The position numbers and the translations under genes were made by a program. A stretch of 64,000 nt of DNA from Myxococcota bacterium (GTDB lineage Bacteria; Myxococcota_A; UBA796; CAJQPC01): contig JAZAMN010000031.1 of the NCBI GenBank assembly GCA_036229005.1, positions 32,001 to 96,000 of the forward strand. The letters run 5' to 3'. Within the stretch, counting starts at the first letter, position 1, and each line of letters opens with the position of its first letter. The notes beneath the pieces were generated by a model. The model was not told the DNA's origin. It did no database searches and saw only the letters and a list, made by a program, of their open reading frames with translations. This document shows positions 8,808 through 18,535 of the stretch, in pieces.

Positions 8808-9923
8808 ATGACACAGCTCTTCACACCCAACCTGCTCCGCGACCTCCGAGGGATGCCTGGAGCCGGCCACAGCTTCGTCAAGCAGCTTGCTGGGAACGGA
8901 GCCCTGGAGACCCGCCTGCGCGGTGAGCTCCAGCGGGCCCTGGACGAGCTGCCCGCTGGCCTGCGGCAGGACCTGACCGACGGGCTGTCGTCCCTGAGCA
9001 ACCCCCGCTTCTTCCAGGCCTTCGCCAAGCTCTCCACCGCCCGGGTGCTGCAGATGGGCGGCTGGGAGCTGGACCACCGGGACGCGCTCTACGCCCGCCG
9101 CCCGGGGGGAGACGCGGTCCGGGTGATGGTGGTCGGCTTCCTGAGCGCGACCGACCCGGAGCTGGACGGCGCCCGCATCAAGCAGCTCGAGCAGTCGCTC
9201 TCCCGGATCTCCGCGCGCACCCGATTTGTGGTCAGCGTGCGCCGCTGGCTCCCACAGGGCTTCGACCCCGAGCCCGTGCGCCAGGCCGTGGAGCTCTGGC
9301 TGCGCGAGGTCGAGGCCGGCCGCTGGAAGACCCGCTTTGCCGCCTACGAGGACGAGGCCGTCTCCCTGGAGTTCGGGCTGGTCGGCGGCCTGGAGGCGCC
9401 GCGCCGGGTGCGCGGTGAGCAGAGCGCGCCGCTGTTCTCGATCGGCCCCTTCACCGGCGAGGCGGCGATGTCCGCCATCGAGTCCCGGGTGGTGCGCGAG
9501 CTGGACCGCCTCAGCGTCGCCCCCGAGGGCCACCACCCCGTACTGCTCTCCGTGGTCGGGGACCAGCCCTGGCGCATCCCGCCGGGCACCCTGCGGGCCT
9601 TCTTCTACGGCAAGCCCCGGTGGATCCAGACCACCTGGGAGCCCGGACTGCCCGGCTGGGAGGCCTGCTTGAGCCGTGAGACCGAGCCCTGCCTGTACAA
9701 GGACCCCCTGTACGCCAAGGTCGTGGGCACCCTGCTGCTGCACCGCCCCCAGCGCGACCAGCTCCTGGTCAGCGGGGAGACCTGGTCCAACCCCTTCTCC
9801 AAGGCCCCGCTGCAGGCCCAGGAGCTGCCATTGCCCGCCGTGGCCGCCTACTCCCACGAAGACGAGCGCCCCATCCTGCGCCGCTTCCCCGGTGAGCCCC
9901 TGGTCGCCCTGGGGGGGGCGTGA
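8808..9923 (+). CDS. Hypothetical protein
   Basis: Long ORF with host-like codon usage; stop overlaps the tdk start (TGATG). Confidence 0.75.
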   Translation: MTQLFTPNLLRDLRGMPGAGHSFVKQLAGNGALETRLRGELQRALDELPAGLRQDLTDGLSSLSNPRFFQAFAKLSTARVLQMGGWELDHRDALYARRPGGDAVRVMVVGFLSATDPELDGARIKQLEQSLSRISARTRFVVSVRRWLPQGFDPEPVRQAVELWLREVEAGRWKTRFAAYEDEAVSLEFGLVGGLEAPRRVRGEQSAPLFSIGPFTGEAAMSAIESRVVRELDRLSVAPEGHHPVLLSVVGDQPWRIPPGTLRAFFYGKPRWIQTTWEPGLPGWEACLSRETEPCLYKDPLYAKVVGTLLLHRPQRDQLLVSGETWSNPFSKAPLQAQELPLPAVAAYSHEDERPILRRFPGEPLVALGGA

Positions 9924-10555
9924 TGCATCCCCACCACGTCCGCGGTGACGCCGGCTGGATCGAGGTGATCTGCGGCTGCATGTTCTCCGGCAAGACCGAG
10001 GAGCTGATCCGGCGGGTGCGGCGCGCCCAGTACGCCCGTCAGGACTACGTGGTCTTCAAGCCCCGCATCGACGACCGCTACAGCGAGGGCTCCGTGGGCT
10101 CGCACAGCGGGCAGCTCCTGCGCTCGGTGCAGATCGACAGCGCCAAGGAGATCCTCCAGCACGTCGGCGACGCCGAGGTCGTCGGCATCGACGAGGCGCA
10201 GTTCCTGGGCATCGAGCTGGTGGAGGTCTGCGAGCGCCTGGCCAACGAGGGCCGCCGCGTGCTGGTGGCCGGCCTGGACCAGGACTTCATGGGCCGCCCC
10301 TTCGAGCCCATCCCCCAGCTCCTGGCCGTCGCGGAGTACATCTCCAAGATGCTCGCGATCTGCACGGTGTGCGGAAACCCGGCGGATCGCAGCCAGCGCA
10401 TGGTCGCCGGCGAGGACCGCGTGCTGGTCGGCGCCACCGGAGCCTACGAGGCCCGCTGCCGCATGCACTGGAGCCCCGAGCCCCTGCAGACCCGCCAGCA
10501 GATCCTGCCGCTGGGTCGGAACCTGGCCGAGCACGGCCTGAGCCCCCACAGCTGA
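9923..10555 (+). CDS. tdk: Thymidine kinase
   Basis: GCMFSGKTEEL P-loop, IDEAQF, AGLDQDF, CTVCG...YEARCR zinc motifs. Confidence 0.96.
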   Translation: MHPHHVRGDAGWIEVICGCMFSGKTEELIRRVRRAQYARQDYVVFKPRIDDRYSEGSVGSHSGQLLRSVQIDSAKEILQHVGDAEVVGIDEAQFLGIELVEVCERLANEGRRVLVAGLDQDFMGRPFEPIPQLLAVAEYISKMLAICTVCGNPADRSQRMVAGEDRVLVGATGAYEARCRMHWSPEPLQTRQQILPLGRNLAEHGLSPHS

Positions 10556-10683
10556 GCGCCAGCCGCCGCGCGCCCTTCCTTTCCAAAGCCTGACCTGGGC
10601 GGGGGCTCGGAGGCTTGACGCGCCCTGGGGGGTTGGAGATAGTGCGCACCCTGTGACTGTTTGACCCGACTGGAGAGCCATCC

Positions 10684-12519
10684 ATGTCCTTGCTTCTCGG
10701 CCTTCTCGCCCTCTCCCCCATCGCCCAGGCCGCCGTCTCCGGCTCCGCCAAGGCCAGCTCCTACAAGGTGGACGAGGACGACAAGAAGCTCAAGTACGAC
10801 GCCTCCAAGGCCGTCGACGGCTCCTTCGCCCTGGGCTGGGCCGAGGATGAGAGCGGCTACGGCGAGGGGAGCTGGCTGGAGCTCGACCTGGGGCGCACCC
10901 AGGAGATCAAGGAGCTGAACATCTGGCCGGGCAACCTCTCCGAGGGCAAGAAGTCCTACCGCGAGTACAGCCGCCCCAAGAAGCTCAAGATCACGCTCAG
11001 CGGCGGCGGCGAGGACATCGAGCTGGAGGCCACCTTCGTGGACCAGATCCAGCGCTACGACCTGGTGCTCGAAGCCCCGGTCCAGGCCCGCAAGGTGCAC
11101 ATCGAGGTGGTGGAGGTCTACGAGGGCTTTGTGTTCTCCGACCTCTACATCGCCGAGGTCGCGGTGAACTTCCGCCACTCCCGGGACCAGATGGAGCCCC
11201 TGCTCAAGTGGCTGGACACCCCCCAGGCCCAGGCCGAGTGGGACAAGCACGACGCGGCCATCAAGGAGGCCTTCCAGACCTACATGGACGCGGACTTCGG
11301 TGACCAGGAGTCCCTGGAGTTCATCATGTCCCAGGCCGGCGACGGCGCGGACTTCATCCGCAACAAGGTCCCCCGCCTGGTGGACGTGGGCTACCGCGCC
11401 GCGGCCGTGAAGCCCGATGAGATGGCCATCGACGCCCTGCGCAAGCTCAAGGACGCCAACGCCATCCCCGCCATCGAGATGGCCCAGCTCCGCTCCTACG
11501 GCAGCACCCGCGCCGAGTTCGAGGAGCTGGTCGAGATCTTCTACGCCTACCAGGACCTGGTGGGCGGCCCCAGCCTGAACGTCCCCTACTGGGGCGAGAC
11601 CGGCTGGTCCCCCGGCCAGATCCAGTCCTTCGGCGAGCCCATCCCCATCGAGGTCACCCCCGAGGGCGACCTGCTGCTGGCCGACATCGGCAACAACCGC
11701 GTCCAGCGCTTCAGCTACGAGGGGCGCATGGACAAGCAGTGGGGCGGCGGCCAGGCCGACCTGACCAACGCGTGGTTCGACGAGGGCCGCGAGTGGTACG
11801 TCAGCGGCCAGGCCGCGGGCGAGCGCAACGGCGCGTTCATCAACCCCCTGGACGTGGAGCTGGTCCCCATGGGCGAGGGCATGGGCTTCGCCGTGCTCGA
11901 CGCCTCCAAGCGCGTGCAGATCTACGACGACCAGGGCCGACCCTACATCGGCTGGACCGTGCAGGACTCCTCCTCGCAGCTCGACGGCGGCGTGGGCGGC
12001 GAGGGCTACCTGGCCTGGGTGCCCCGCAAGAAGCGCCTGTACGTGATCGTCGGCAACGAGATGGTCGCCTACAACCTGGAGGCCGAGGAGCTGGGCCGCT
12101 GGGAGCTCGAAGACGGCACCCCCAACGCCGTGGAAGTGGGCAAGAACAACAAGCTCTACATGGCGTTCGGCCGCGAGGTCATCAAGTACGACCTGGACGG
12201 CTTCCGCCACGGCGTGGTGTGGGACGAGACCCAGCTCGGTGAGGGCTTCGAGGACCTGGACCTCACCCTGGACGAGGACAAGCGCATGTGGGTGGTCACC
12301 GATCAGGGGTGGGCCCACAAGTTCAAGAACGAGCGCAAGATCGAGTACTCGGTGCAGTTCTCGGACGTGAGCCTGATCAAGCCCCGTATCGCCGTCCAGG
12401 ACGAGATCCTGTACTGCGTGGACCGCGACCGGGTGATCCGCCTGGACGCCCTGCAGGCCAAGATCGACGCCGAGGAGGCCGCAAAGGAGGCCGCCGAGGC
12501 CGAGGCCGCCGCCGAGTAG
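10684..12519 (+). CDS. Secreted protein with discoidin/glycan-binding-like N-domain and NHL/beta-propeller region
   Basis: Signal peptide; AVDG...WAE...GEGSWL...RPK motif; ADIGNNRVQRF NHL repeat. Confidence 0.75.
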   Translation: MSLLLGLLALSPIAQAAVSGSAKASSYKVDEDDKKLKYDASKAVDGSFALGWAEDESGYGEGSWLELDLGRTQEIKELNIWPGNLSEGKKSYREYSRPKKLKITLSGGGEDIELEATFVDQIQRYDLVLEAPVQARKVHIEVVEVYEGFVFSDLYIAEVAVNFRHSRDQMEPLLKWLDTPQAQAEWDKHDAAIKEAFQTYMDADFGDQESLEFIMSQAGDGADFIRNKVPRLVDVGYRAAAVKPDEMAIDALRKLKDANAIPAIEMAQLRSYGSTRAEFEELVEIFYAYQDLVGGPSLNVPYWGETGWSPGQIQSFGEPIPIEVTPEGDLLLADIGNNRVQRFSYEGRMDKQWGGGQADLTNAWFDEGREWYVSGQAAGERNGAFINPLDVELVPMGEGMGFAVLDASKRVQIYDDQGRPYIGWTVQDSSSQLDGGVGGEGYLAWVPRKKRLYVIVGNEMVAYNLEAEELGRWELEDGTPNAVEVGKNNKLYMAFGREVIKYDLDGFRHGVVWDETQLGEGFEDLDLTLDEDKRMWVVTDQGWAHKFKNERKIEYSVQFSDVSLIKPRIAVQDEILYCVDRDRVIRLDALQAKIDAEEAAKEAAEAEAAAE

Positions 12520-12545
12520 CCTGCCGCGCGGGTTAGACAGGGTGC

Positions 12546-13832
12546 ATGCGCACCACTGATTTCCTCGCTGTCGCCACCGGACTGGGCCTGCTGGCCCTGT
12601 CCGGCCTGATCTCGTGCACGGGCTCGGAGACCTCGCCGGAGCCGGTGAGTCCCCAGCCCGAGCAGACCACCGCCCAACCCCAGGCGGTGGAGACGGGTGG
12701 CTTCCCCACCCCCAAGCCCCTCTCCCAGTCCGCGAAGACGCCGGCCCCGGTGCCCGCGAGCCCGGACGCGGAGCGCGCGCTGGTGGAGCTGCAGAAGGTC
12801 TGCAAGACCTATGGCTCGGACCCGGAGAACCCCTGGGCGGTGGCCCACGCGATCCTGGCCTTCGGGCCGGAGCTCACCCTGAGCAACGGGGAGCCGGCGG
12901 TCGACTACCTGTACGCGCGCTACGGGCAGGTCTACGACATCGGCGGCGAGCGGCTGCCCTCCTTCCCGGCCAAGACGGCGGACGGGATCCCGGTGGAGCC
13001 GCACACGGACCTGATCCTCAAGGCGGTCACCGAGTCCGGCCTGCCCCCGGAGCGGCAGGTGCTGGTGCAGGGAGAGACCTTCACGCTGGGAGACCACTGG
13101 GAGCACAGCCTGCGCACGACCTTCCTGGACAAGAACACCGGCGCCAGCAGCTACACCAGCCCCAACGACATGCCCTGGGGCGTGCAGGCCCTGGCGAGCT
13201 GGGGGACGCCGCACCAGACGCAGTGGGAGGCCTACGACGGCACGGACATGGACCTGGACGACCTGGTCAAGTTCGAGCTGCACGTGCTGACCAGCGAGAG
13301 CACCTTCCTGTACAAGGCGATGCTGGGGGGCCAGAGCTTCAAGAAGGAGCGCCAGGGGGTGTTCAACTACACCTGCGGCGGCGCCCACCTGGTGCAGGGC
13401 GCGGTGCTGCCGATCGCTCAGGGCTACGGCAACGCCCAGGACCGCGAGAAGCTGGCCAGCCAGGGGGCGATCCTGGCCTACCGCTACCCCATCGAGCGGG
13501 ACATCTACGCGCAGGCCCGAAAGCAGGCTCCGAGCCAGTCGCTGGTGCTCTACGTGCAGGAGCTCAAGTTCATCGGCCACTGGCTGGAGAGCATGCACAA
13601 GCTGATGGCGACGGGCATCTACACGCCCACCGCGACCGACCAGCTCGTGCTGACCCAGGCCGTCGGTGACCTGATCGAGACCACCGCGGCGCTCAAGCGA
13701 CTGGGCGCCCTGGACAACGCCGGGACCTTGCGGGAGTCCAACGAGCAGCTCTACCTGGACATCGTCGGCGACTCCTGCCACGCGGTCCGCGGCCTGGAGC
13801 TGGCCCTGGGGCGCGGCGAGGTCCGCTGGTAG
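12546..13832 (+). CDS. Hypothetical lipoprotein
   Basis: Signal ending LISC, Pro-rich linker, helical domain with NPWAVAH and TCGGAHL. Confidence 0.75.
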   Translation: MRTTDFLAVATGLGLLALSGLISCTGSETSPEPVSPQPEQTTAQPQAVETGGFPTPKPLSQSAKTPAPVPASPDAERALVELQKVCKTYGSDPENPWAVAHAILAFGPELTLSNGEPAVDYLYARYGQVYDIGGERLPSFPAKTADGIPVEPHTDLILKAVTESGLPPERQVLVQGETFTLGDHWEHSLRTTFLDKNTGASSYTSPNDMPWGVQALASWGTPHQTQWEAYDGTDMDLDDLVKFELHVLTSESTFLYKAMLGGQSFKKERQGVFNYTCGGAHLVQGAVLPIAQGYGNAQDREKLASQGAILAYRYPIERDIYAQARKQAPSQSLVLYVQELKFIGHWLESMHKLMATGIYTPTATDQLVLTQAVGDLIETTAALKRLGALDNAGTLRESNEQLYLDIVGDSCHAVRGLELALGRGEVRW

Positions 13833-14846
13833 TCAGGCGGCCGTGCGCATCCGAAAGCGGCGCAGCACCTTTGCGGCCCGGTCCAGGTCGACCAGCTCCC
13901 GCGCAGCGCCCATCTCCCAGGCCGCCCGCGGCATGCCCCACACCACCGAGCTCGCCTCGTCCTGGGCGTAGGTGGCGCTGCCCGCCTGCTTCAAGCGCAG
14001 CAGCCCAGCGGCCCCGTCTCGGCCCATGCCGGTGAGCAGCAAGCCGATGCTCTCGCCCCCCAGCGTCCGAGCGACCGAGGCGAAGAGCACATCGACGCTG
14101 GGGGCGTGCCCCGAGACCTTGGCGCCGGCCTGGACCCGCAGTTCGAGCGCGCCGGGCTTGCCGTCCACGCCCATGTGCATGCCGCCGGGGGCGATCCACA
14201 CCTCGCCGCGGTGGAGCCGGGCCCCGTCGTAGCCCTCTCGGACCCGGAGCAAGGGCAGATCCTCGTCCAGCCGGGAGGCGAAGGAGGCCGTGAAGCCGGC
14301 GGGCATGTGCTGGACCACCACGATCGGCGGCAGGCCGCCAGGGAGCTGCCGGAGCACGCTGCGGATGGCGTCGGTTCCGCCAGTGGACGCACCGATCGCG
14401 AGCACGGTCCTGCCGGCGGGCTGCAGTCGCTCGTTGCCCAGGAGTGAACGCCCGCTGGCGCCCCGGTTCGTCGCCAGCACCGCCATCGCGACCTCCGCGA
14501 GCATCCGCTCCGCTTGCTCTCCCACCAGGTGGGCGTTGGGCTTCATCACCACCCGCGCGGCCCCGGCCTCCAGCGCCGCACGCCCGACCGCAGCGCTCGA
14601 GGCGATGGCGATCACGCGGATGTCCCGGGCCGCCCGCACCCTCCGGATGAAGACCGCGCCGTCGAGCGGCCCAAGCTCCGGGTCCACCACCAGCACACCC
14701 GGGTCCTGGCTCTCGATGGCCTTCTTGGCGGCCACCGCGTCCCCGCAGGTGGCGAGCACCTTGACCCCAGGTGTCCGGGACAGAGCCCGGGACAGGACCT
14801 CCCGGGCGACCATCGAAGCCGCCAGGACCACGACACGGGCGGTCAC
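13833..14846 (-). CDS. cheB: Chemotaxis methylesterase CheB with atypical receiver domain
   Basis: IGASTGG, VQHMP, PSVDVLF, LTGMGRDGA. Confidence 0.93.
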   Translation of the reverse strand: MTARVVVLAASMVAREVLSRALSRTPGVKVLATCGDAVAAKKAIESQDPGVLVVDPELGPLDGAVFIRRVRAARDIRVIAIASSAAVGRAALEAGAARVVMKPNAHLVGEQAERMLAEVAMAVLATNRGASGRSLLGNERLQPAGRTVLAIGASTGGTDAIRSVLRQLPGGLPPIVVVQHMPAGFTASFASRLDEDLPLLRVREGYDGARLHRGEVWIAPGGMHMGVDGKPGALELRVQAGAKVSGHAPSVDVLFASVARTLGGESIGLLLTGMGRDGAAGLLRLKQAGSATYAQDEASSVVWGMPRAAWEMGAARELVDLDRAAKVLRRFRMRTAA

Positions 14847-15676
14847 TTGCGCCGCCGGTAGACGCCTGGCTGGACGTACTCGAAGGGAGGGGAGTTGCGC
14901 CCGATGGTCTCGCTGTGGCTCAGGAAGAGGTAGCCGCCCGGGACCATGACCTCGTGGATGGAGTTGAGGACGGCGCGGGTGTGCTCCTCGTCAAAGTAGA
15001 TCAGCACGTTGCGGCAGAACACCACCTGGAAGGGCTTGCGGAAGGGATAGGGACCCGCCAGCAGATTCAGTCGGCGCCAGGTCACCAGGTCCTGGATGGT
15101 CCCGGAGAGCTGACGCGCCCCGCCCTGCTCCGGCAGGAAGTGCTGCTGGAGGCGCTGGGGCAGCCGCTCGACGTTGTCGGCCCTCCAGCTCCCACCCCGG
15201 GCCTTGCCCAGCGCCGTGGAGGAGATGTCGGTGGCGAGCACCCCCGTGTGCCACTGCGTGCCCAACACGGCCTCTCGGGCGAGCATCGCCAGGGTCACGG
15301 CCTCTTCCCCGGTCGCGGCGGCAGCACACCAGATGCGCAGATCATGCTCGCGCTCCCCCTGGACCATCAGCTCGGGGATCACCCGCTCCTGCAGGACCCG
15401 GAAGTGGGCCGGCTCCCGCCAGAAGTAGGTGTGGTTGGTGCTCGCGCCGTCCACGAGCGCCGAGACCACCTTCTCCGAGGGCTTCTGGGAGAGGTGCTCG
15501 GCGAAGAAGCTGGCGAAGTCCAGGTACCCCATCTCCCGGGCCAGCTTGGCCAGGTGAACCTCCAGCATCGGGCGCTTCCGCTCTGGGACCTCGATCCCAA
15601 AGTGATCCTGGATCAGCCTGCACAGCCGGCTGAACTGTGCGTCCGTCAGTCCGGAGGCTCGCCGGGTCTGCGTCAC
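14843..15676 (-). CDS. cheR: Chemotaxis methyltransferase CheR
   Basis: TNHTYFWRE, RIWCAAAATGEE, ATDIS, FCRNVLIYF. Confidence 0.94.
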   Translation of the reverse strand: MTQTRRASGLTDAQFSRLCRLIQDHFGIEVPERKRPMLEVHLAKLAREMGYLDFASFFAEHLSQKPSEKVVSALVDGASTNHTYFWREPAHFRVLQERVIPELMVQGEREHDLRIWCAAAATGEEAVTLAMLAREAVLGTQWHTGVLATDISSTALGKARGGSWRADNVERLPQRLQQHFLPEQGGARQLSGTIQDLVTWRRLNLLAGPYPFRKPFQVVFCRNVLIYFDEEHTRAVLNSIHEVMVPGGYLFLSHSETIGRNSPPFEYVQPGVYRRRK

Positions 15677-16140
15677 GCAGCGGACCTCGGCGCACCCAGC
15701 AGTGCCTCGACGTCGAGCAGCAGCCTCACCTTCTCGTCCACGTTCCCCAGCCCAGCGAGGTAGTGCGCCCCACCCATGGCCATCCTCGGCGCCGGCTCGA
15801 TCTTGTTGTCCGGGATGCGGATGACCTCCGAGACCGTGTCGACGATGAGCCCCACGGTCTCGTCCTGGATCCGGACGACGATGATGCAGGTCCGGGAGTT
15901 TCGCTCGACCAGCGGCATGTTCATGCGCTGCCGGACGCAGAGCACGGGGATGACCCGACCCCGCAGGTTGATGACGCCCTCGATGTACGCGGGCACGTCG
16001 GGCAGCGGCGTGATCGCCTGCATCCCGATGATCTCGCGGACGCAGCCGATGCCCAGCCCGTAGATCTCCTCACCGAGGATGAAGGTGAGGAACTCCTTTC
16101 CTTCCGAGACGCTCTGCTCGACCATCGCCAACCCTGACAT
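15673..16140 (-). CDS. cheW: CheW coupling protein
   Basis: VREIIG..ITPLP, GVINLRGRVIPV, GLIVDTVSEV. Confidence 0.95.
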   Translation of the reverse strand: MSGLAMVEQSVSEGKEFLTFILGEEIYGLGIGCVREIIGMQAITPLPDVPAYIEGVINLRGRVIPVLCVRQRMNMPLVERNSRTCIIVVRIQDETVGLIVDTVSEVIRIPDNKIEPAPRMAMGGAHYLAGLGNVDEKVRLLLDVEALLGAPRSAA

Positions 16141-16186
16141 CGGTCCTCCAAGACCTGCTTCCCTCATCGGATCGAGGGCTTGAAAC

Positions 16187-18472
16187 TCAAGCGGCGGCTT
16201 CCATCACGCCAGCGACGTCCAGAATCAGCGAGATGCGGCCGTCGCCCATCACCGTGCAGCCGCTGAGACCCCGGATGTCCCCCAGGTAGGAGGACAGGCC
16301 CTTGACCACCGTCTGCCGCTGGCCCAGCAGCTCATCGACGAACAGGCACAGGTGCTCCCCAGCGTCCTCGACGACGACCAGGACCCCTTCATCCACGCGC
16401 TCGGCCCCCTCGTCCAGGCGGTAGAAGTCCCGAAGCCGGAGCACCGGGATCAGCTCGTTCCGGATCCGGGCGACCTCCTGGCCGCTGTTCAGGCGGGTGA
16501 CCTCCTGGCCACGCAGCACGACGGACTCCCGGATGGAGAGCAGCGGGATGGTGAAGCTCCCCTGCCCCACACGGACCAGCATGCCCTCGATGATGGCCAG
16601 GGTGAGCGGGATGCGCAGCGTGAAGCGCGTGCCCTTGCCCAGCTCGCTGTGGACCTCGATGCGGCCCTTGACCTTCTCGATGTTCTTCTTGACCACGTCC
16701 ATGCCGACCCCGCGGCCGGAGATGTCCGTGACCTGCGCGGCCGTGGAGAAGCCGGGCGCGAACACCAGGCCGAACACCTCGGTGTCGCTCATCGTGGCGG
16801 CCTTGGCGGGGGTCACCAGGCCCTTCTCGATGCCCTTGGCCAGGATCTTGTTCCGGTCCATGCCGCGGCCATCATCGGAGACGGTGATCCAGATCTCCCC
16901 GGCCTGGTGGCGGGCCTGCAGGTGGAGGCTCCCGACCGGCGGCTTCCCCGTGCGGGCGCGCTCTTCGGGCGTCTCCATGCCGTGGTCCACGGCGTTGCGC
17001 ATCAAGTGCACCAGCGGGTCCGCGATGACCTCGGCGACCGTCTTGTCGACCTCGGTCTCCTCCCCGCTGATCTTGAGCTGGACCTCCTTGCCCTGCTTGC
17101 CCGACACGTCGCGGACCAGCCGCAGCATCTTCTTGAAGGTGTCGTCGATAGGCACCATGCGCAGCGACATCGCCACGTCCTGCAGCGAGCGCGTGACCCG
17201 CGAGAGCTGGGCCATCGCCTTCTCCAGGTCCTCCGGATTCCCGGTGTTGTCGTGGGTCACCGCGGTCTCCGCGATGATGAGCTCCCCGACCAGATCCATC
17301 AGGGCGTCCAGCTTGGAGACGTCCACGCGCAGGCTCTTGCGGCGGGTCCGCTTCTTCGCCTCGTCGGAGCTGGCGGCGCTCGACCGGATCGGCGCCACCT
17401 TGGGCTTGGGCGCCCCGACCACCGGCTCCGGGGCCGCGATGGGCCGCCCCTCCCGGACGCTGCGCTGCTCGACGAGCAGGGCCTCAAGCTGCGCTTCGCT
17501 GATCCACCCCCGCGCCACCGCGGAGGTCCCCACCGGCTGATCCGTGGCCAAGAGCTCCTCGAGCTGCTGGTGGCTGACCAGACCCTGGTCCATCATCAAC
17601 TGCCCCAGCCGCGTGACCCGGGAGTCCATGCGCGCACCGTCCTCGATGTCGCCGAGCTGCTCCAGCAGCCCCGCCAGGTCGTCGATGTAGGGCTTGCCGT
17701 CGACCACGCTGACCAGCGCCTCTTCGACCACCTCGGCGCTCTGCCGCAGCGCCCGGATGACCTCGGGCGTGGGCGGGATGGTCCCGTCGACGGTACAGGT
17801 CGCCAGCTCAGAGAGGCGGGCAAAGTAGCTCTGCAGGTGCGCATAGCCTCTGCTCTCCGAGGCCCCCGCCAGACGCACCACCGCCTGCTGGACCTTCGCC
17901 AGGTCGTTGGGGCGCGCCTTGCTCTCCCAGTCGAGGAGGAACTGCTGGATGTTCTCCACCTCCTGGCCCACCCCCAGGGCAAAACGCTCCAGCTCCGGAG
18001 ATCGCTGGGATCCACCCGCCGGCGAGGACACCGGGTCCGCCTTGGGCGCAGGCTTGGACTGAGGGCTCGCGGCGCCTCCCATCCGGCCCTGCAGCAGCTC
18101 CTTGAGCTCCTCGGCCCGGTCTTCGGCGCCTTCGTCCCCGTAGGTCTCGGCGATGGCCTCCAGGCGCTCCCCCAGGAAGTCCATGGTCTTGCAGAAGGCA
18201 TCGACCGTCGGACCGTCCAGGGGGTACTTGCCGGCCTGGACCCCGCCCAGCAGGGTCTCGGCAACGTGCATGACGCCCTGTACCGAGTTGAACTCCAAGA
18301 ACCCCGCCGAGCCCTTCACGGAGTGGAAGAGCCGGAACACGGCCGCGAGATCCTCATCCGAGGCCTCGCCGCTCTCCATGGTCAAGAGGAGGAGCTCTGC
18401 CTCCTCCAGCGACTCTCGACTCTCCGCGATGAAGCAGTCGACAATCTCTTGGGTGTCTGCATCTACTGCCAC
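16187..18472 (-). CDS. cheA: Histidine kinase CheA (Hpt, Hpt-like bundle, MshEN-like motif, HATPase, CheW domain)
   Basis: FRLFHSVKG, HLMRNAVDHG, SDDGRG, FAPGFSTA, SGRGVGMDVV. Confidence 0.95.
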   Translation of the reverse strand: MAVDADTQEIVDCFIAESRESLEEAELLLLTMESGEASDEDLAAVFRLFHSVKGSAGFLEFNSVQGVMHVAETLLGGVQAGKYPLDGPTVDAFCKTMDFLGERLEAIAETYGDEGAEDRAEELKELLQGRMGGAASPQSKPAPKADPVSSPAGGSQRSPELERFALGVGQEVENIQQFLLDWESKARPNDLAKVQQAVVRLAGASESRGYAHLQSYFARLSELATCTVDGTIPPTPEVIRALRQSAEVVEEALVSVVDGKPYIDDLAGLLEQLGDIEDGARMDSRVTRLGQLMMDQGLVSHQQLEELLATDQPVGTSAVARGWISEAQLEALLVEQRSVREGRPIAAPEPVVGAPKPKVAPIRSSAASSDEAKKRTRRKSLRVDVSKLDALMDLVGELIIAETAVTHDNTGNPEDLEKAMAQLSRVTRSLQDVAMSLRMVPIDDTFKKMLRLVRDVSGKQGKEVQLKISGEETEVDKTVAEVIADPLVHLMRNAVDHGMETPEERARTGKPPVGSLHLQARHQAGEIWITVSDDGRGMDRNKILAKGIEKGLVTPAKAATMSDTEVFGLVFAPGFSTAAQVTDISGRGVGMDVVKKNIEKVKGRIEVHSELGKGTRFTLRIPLTLAIIEGMLVRVGQGSFTIPLLSIRESVVLRGQEVTRLNSGQEVARIRNELIPVLRLRDFYRLDEGAERVDEGVLVVVEDAGEHLCLFVDELLGQRQTVVKGLSSYLGDIRGLSGCTVMGDGRISLILDVAGVMEAAA

Positions 18473-18535
18473 TTTGGCCTCCCGTCCGCGTATCGGTCGA
18501 GGAAGCCGCAGCTTGAGGCGAGAGCCCCCCGGGGA

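Noticed and set aside
9911..9918. G8 run as a phase-variation site
   Set aside because: Encodes the final LGGA of an ORF in very GC-rich DNA; no other support
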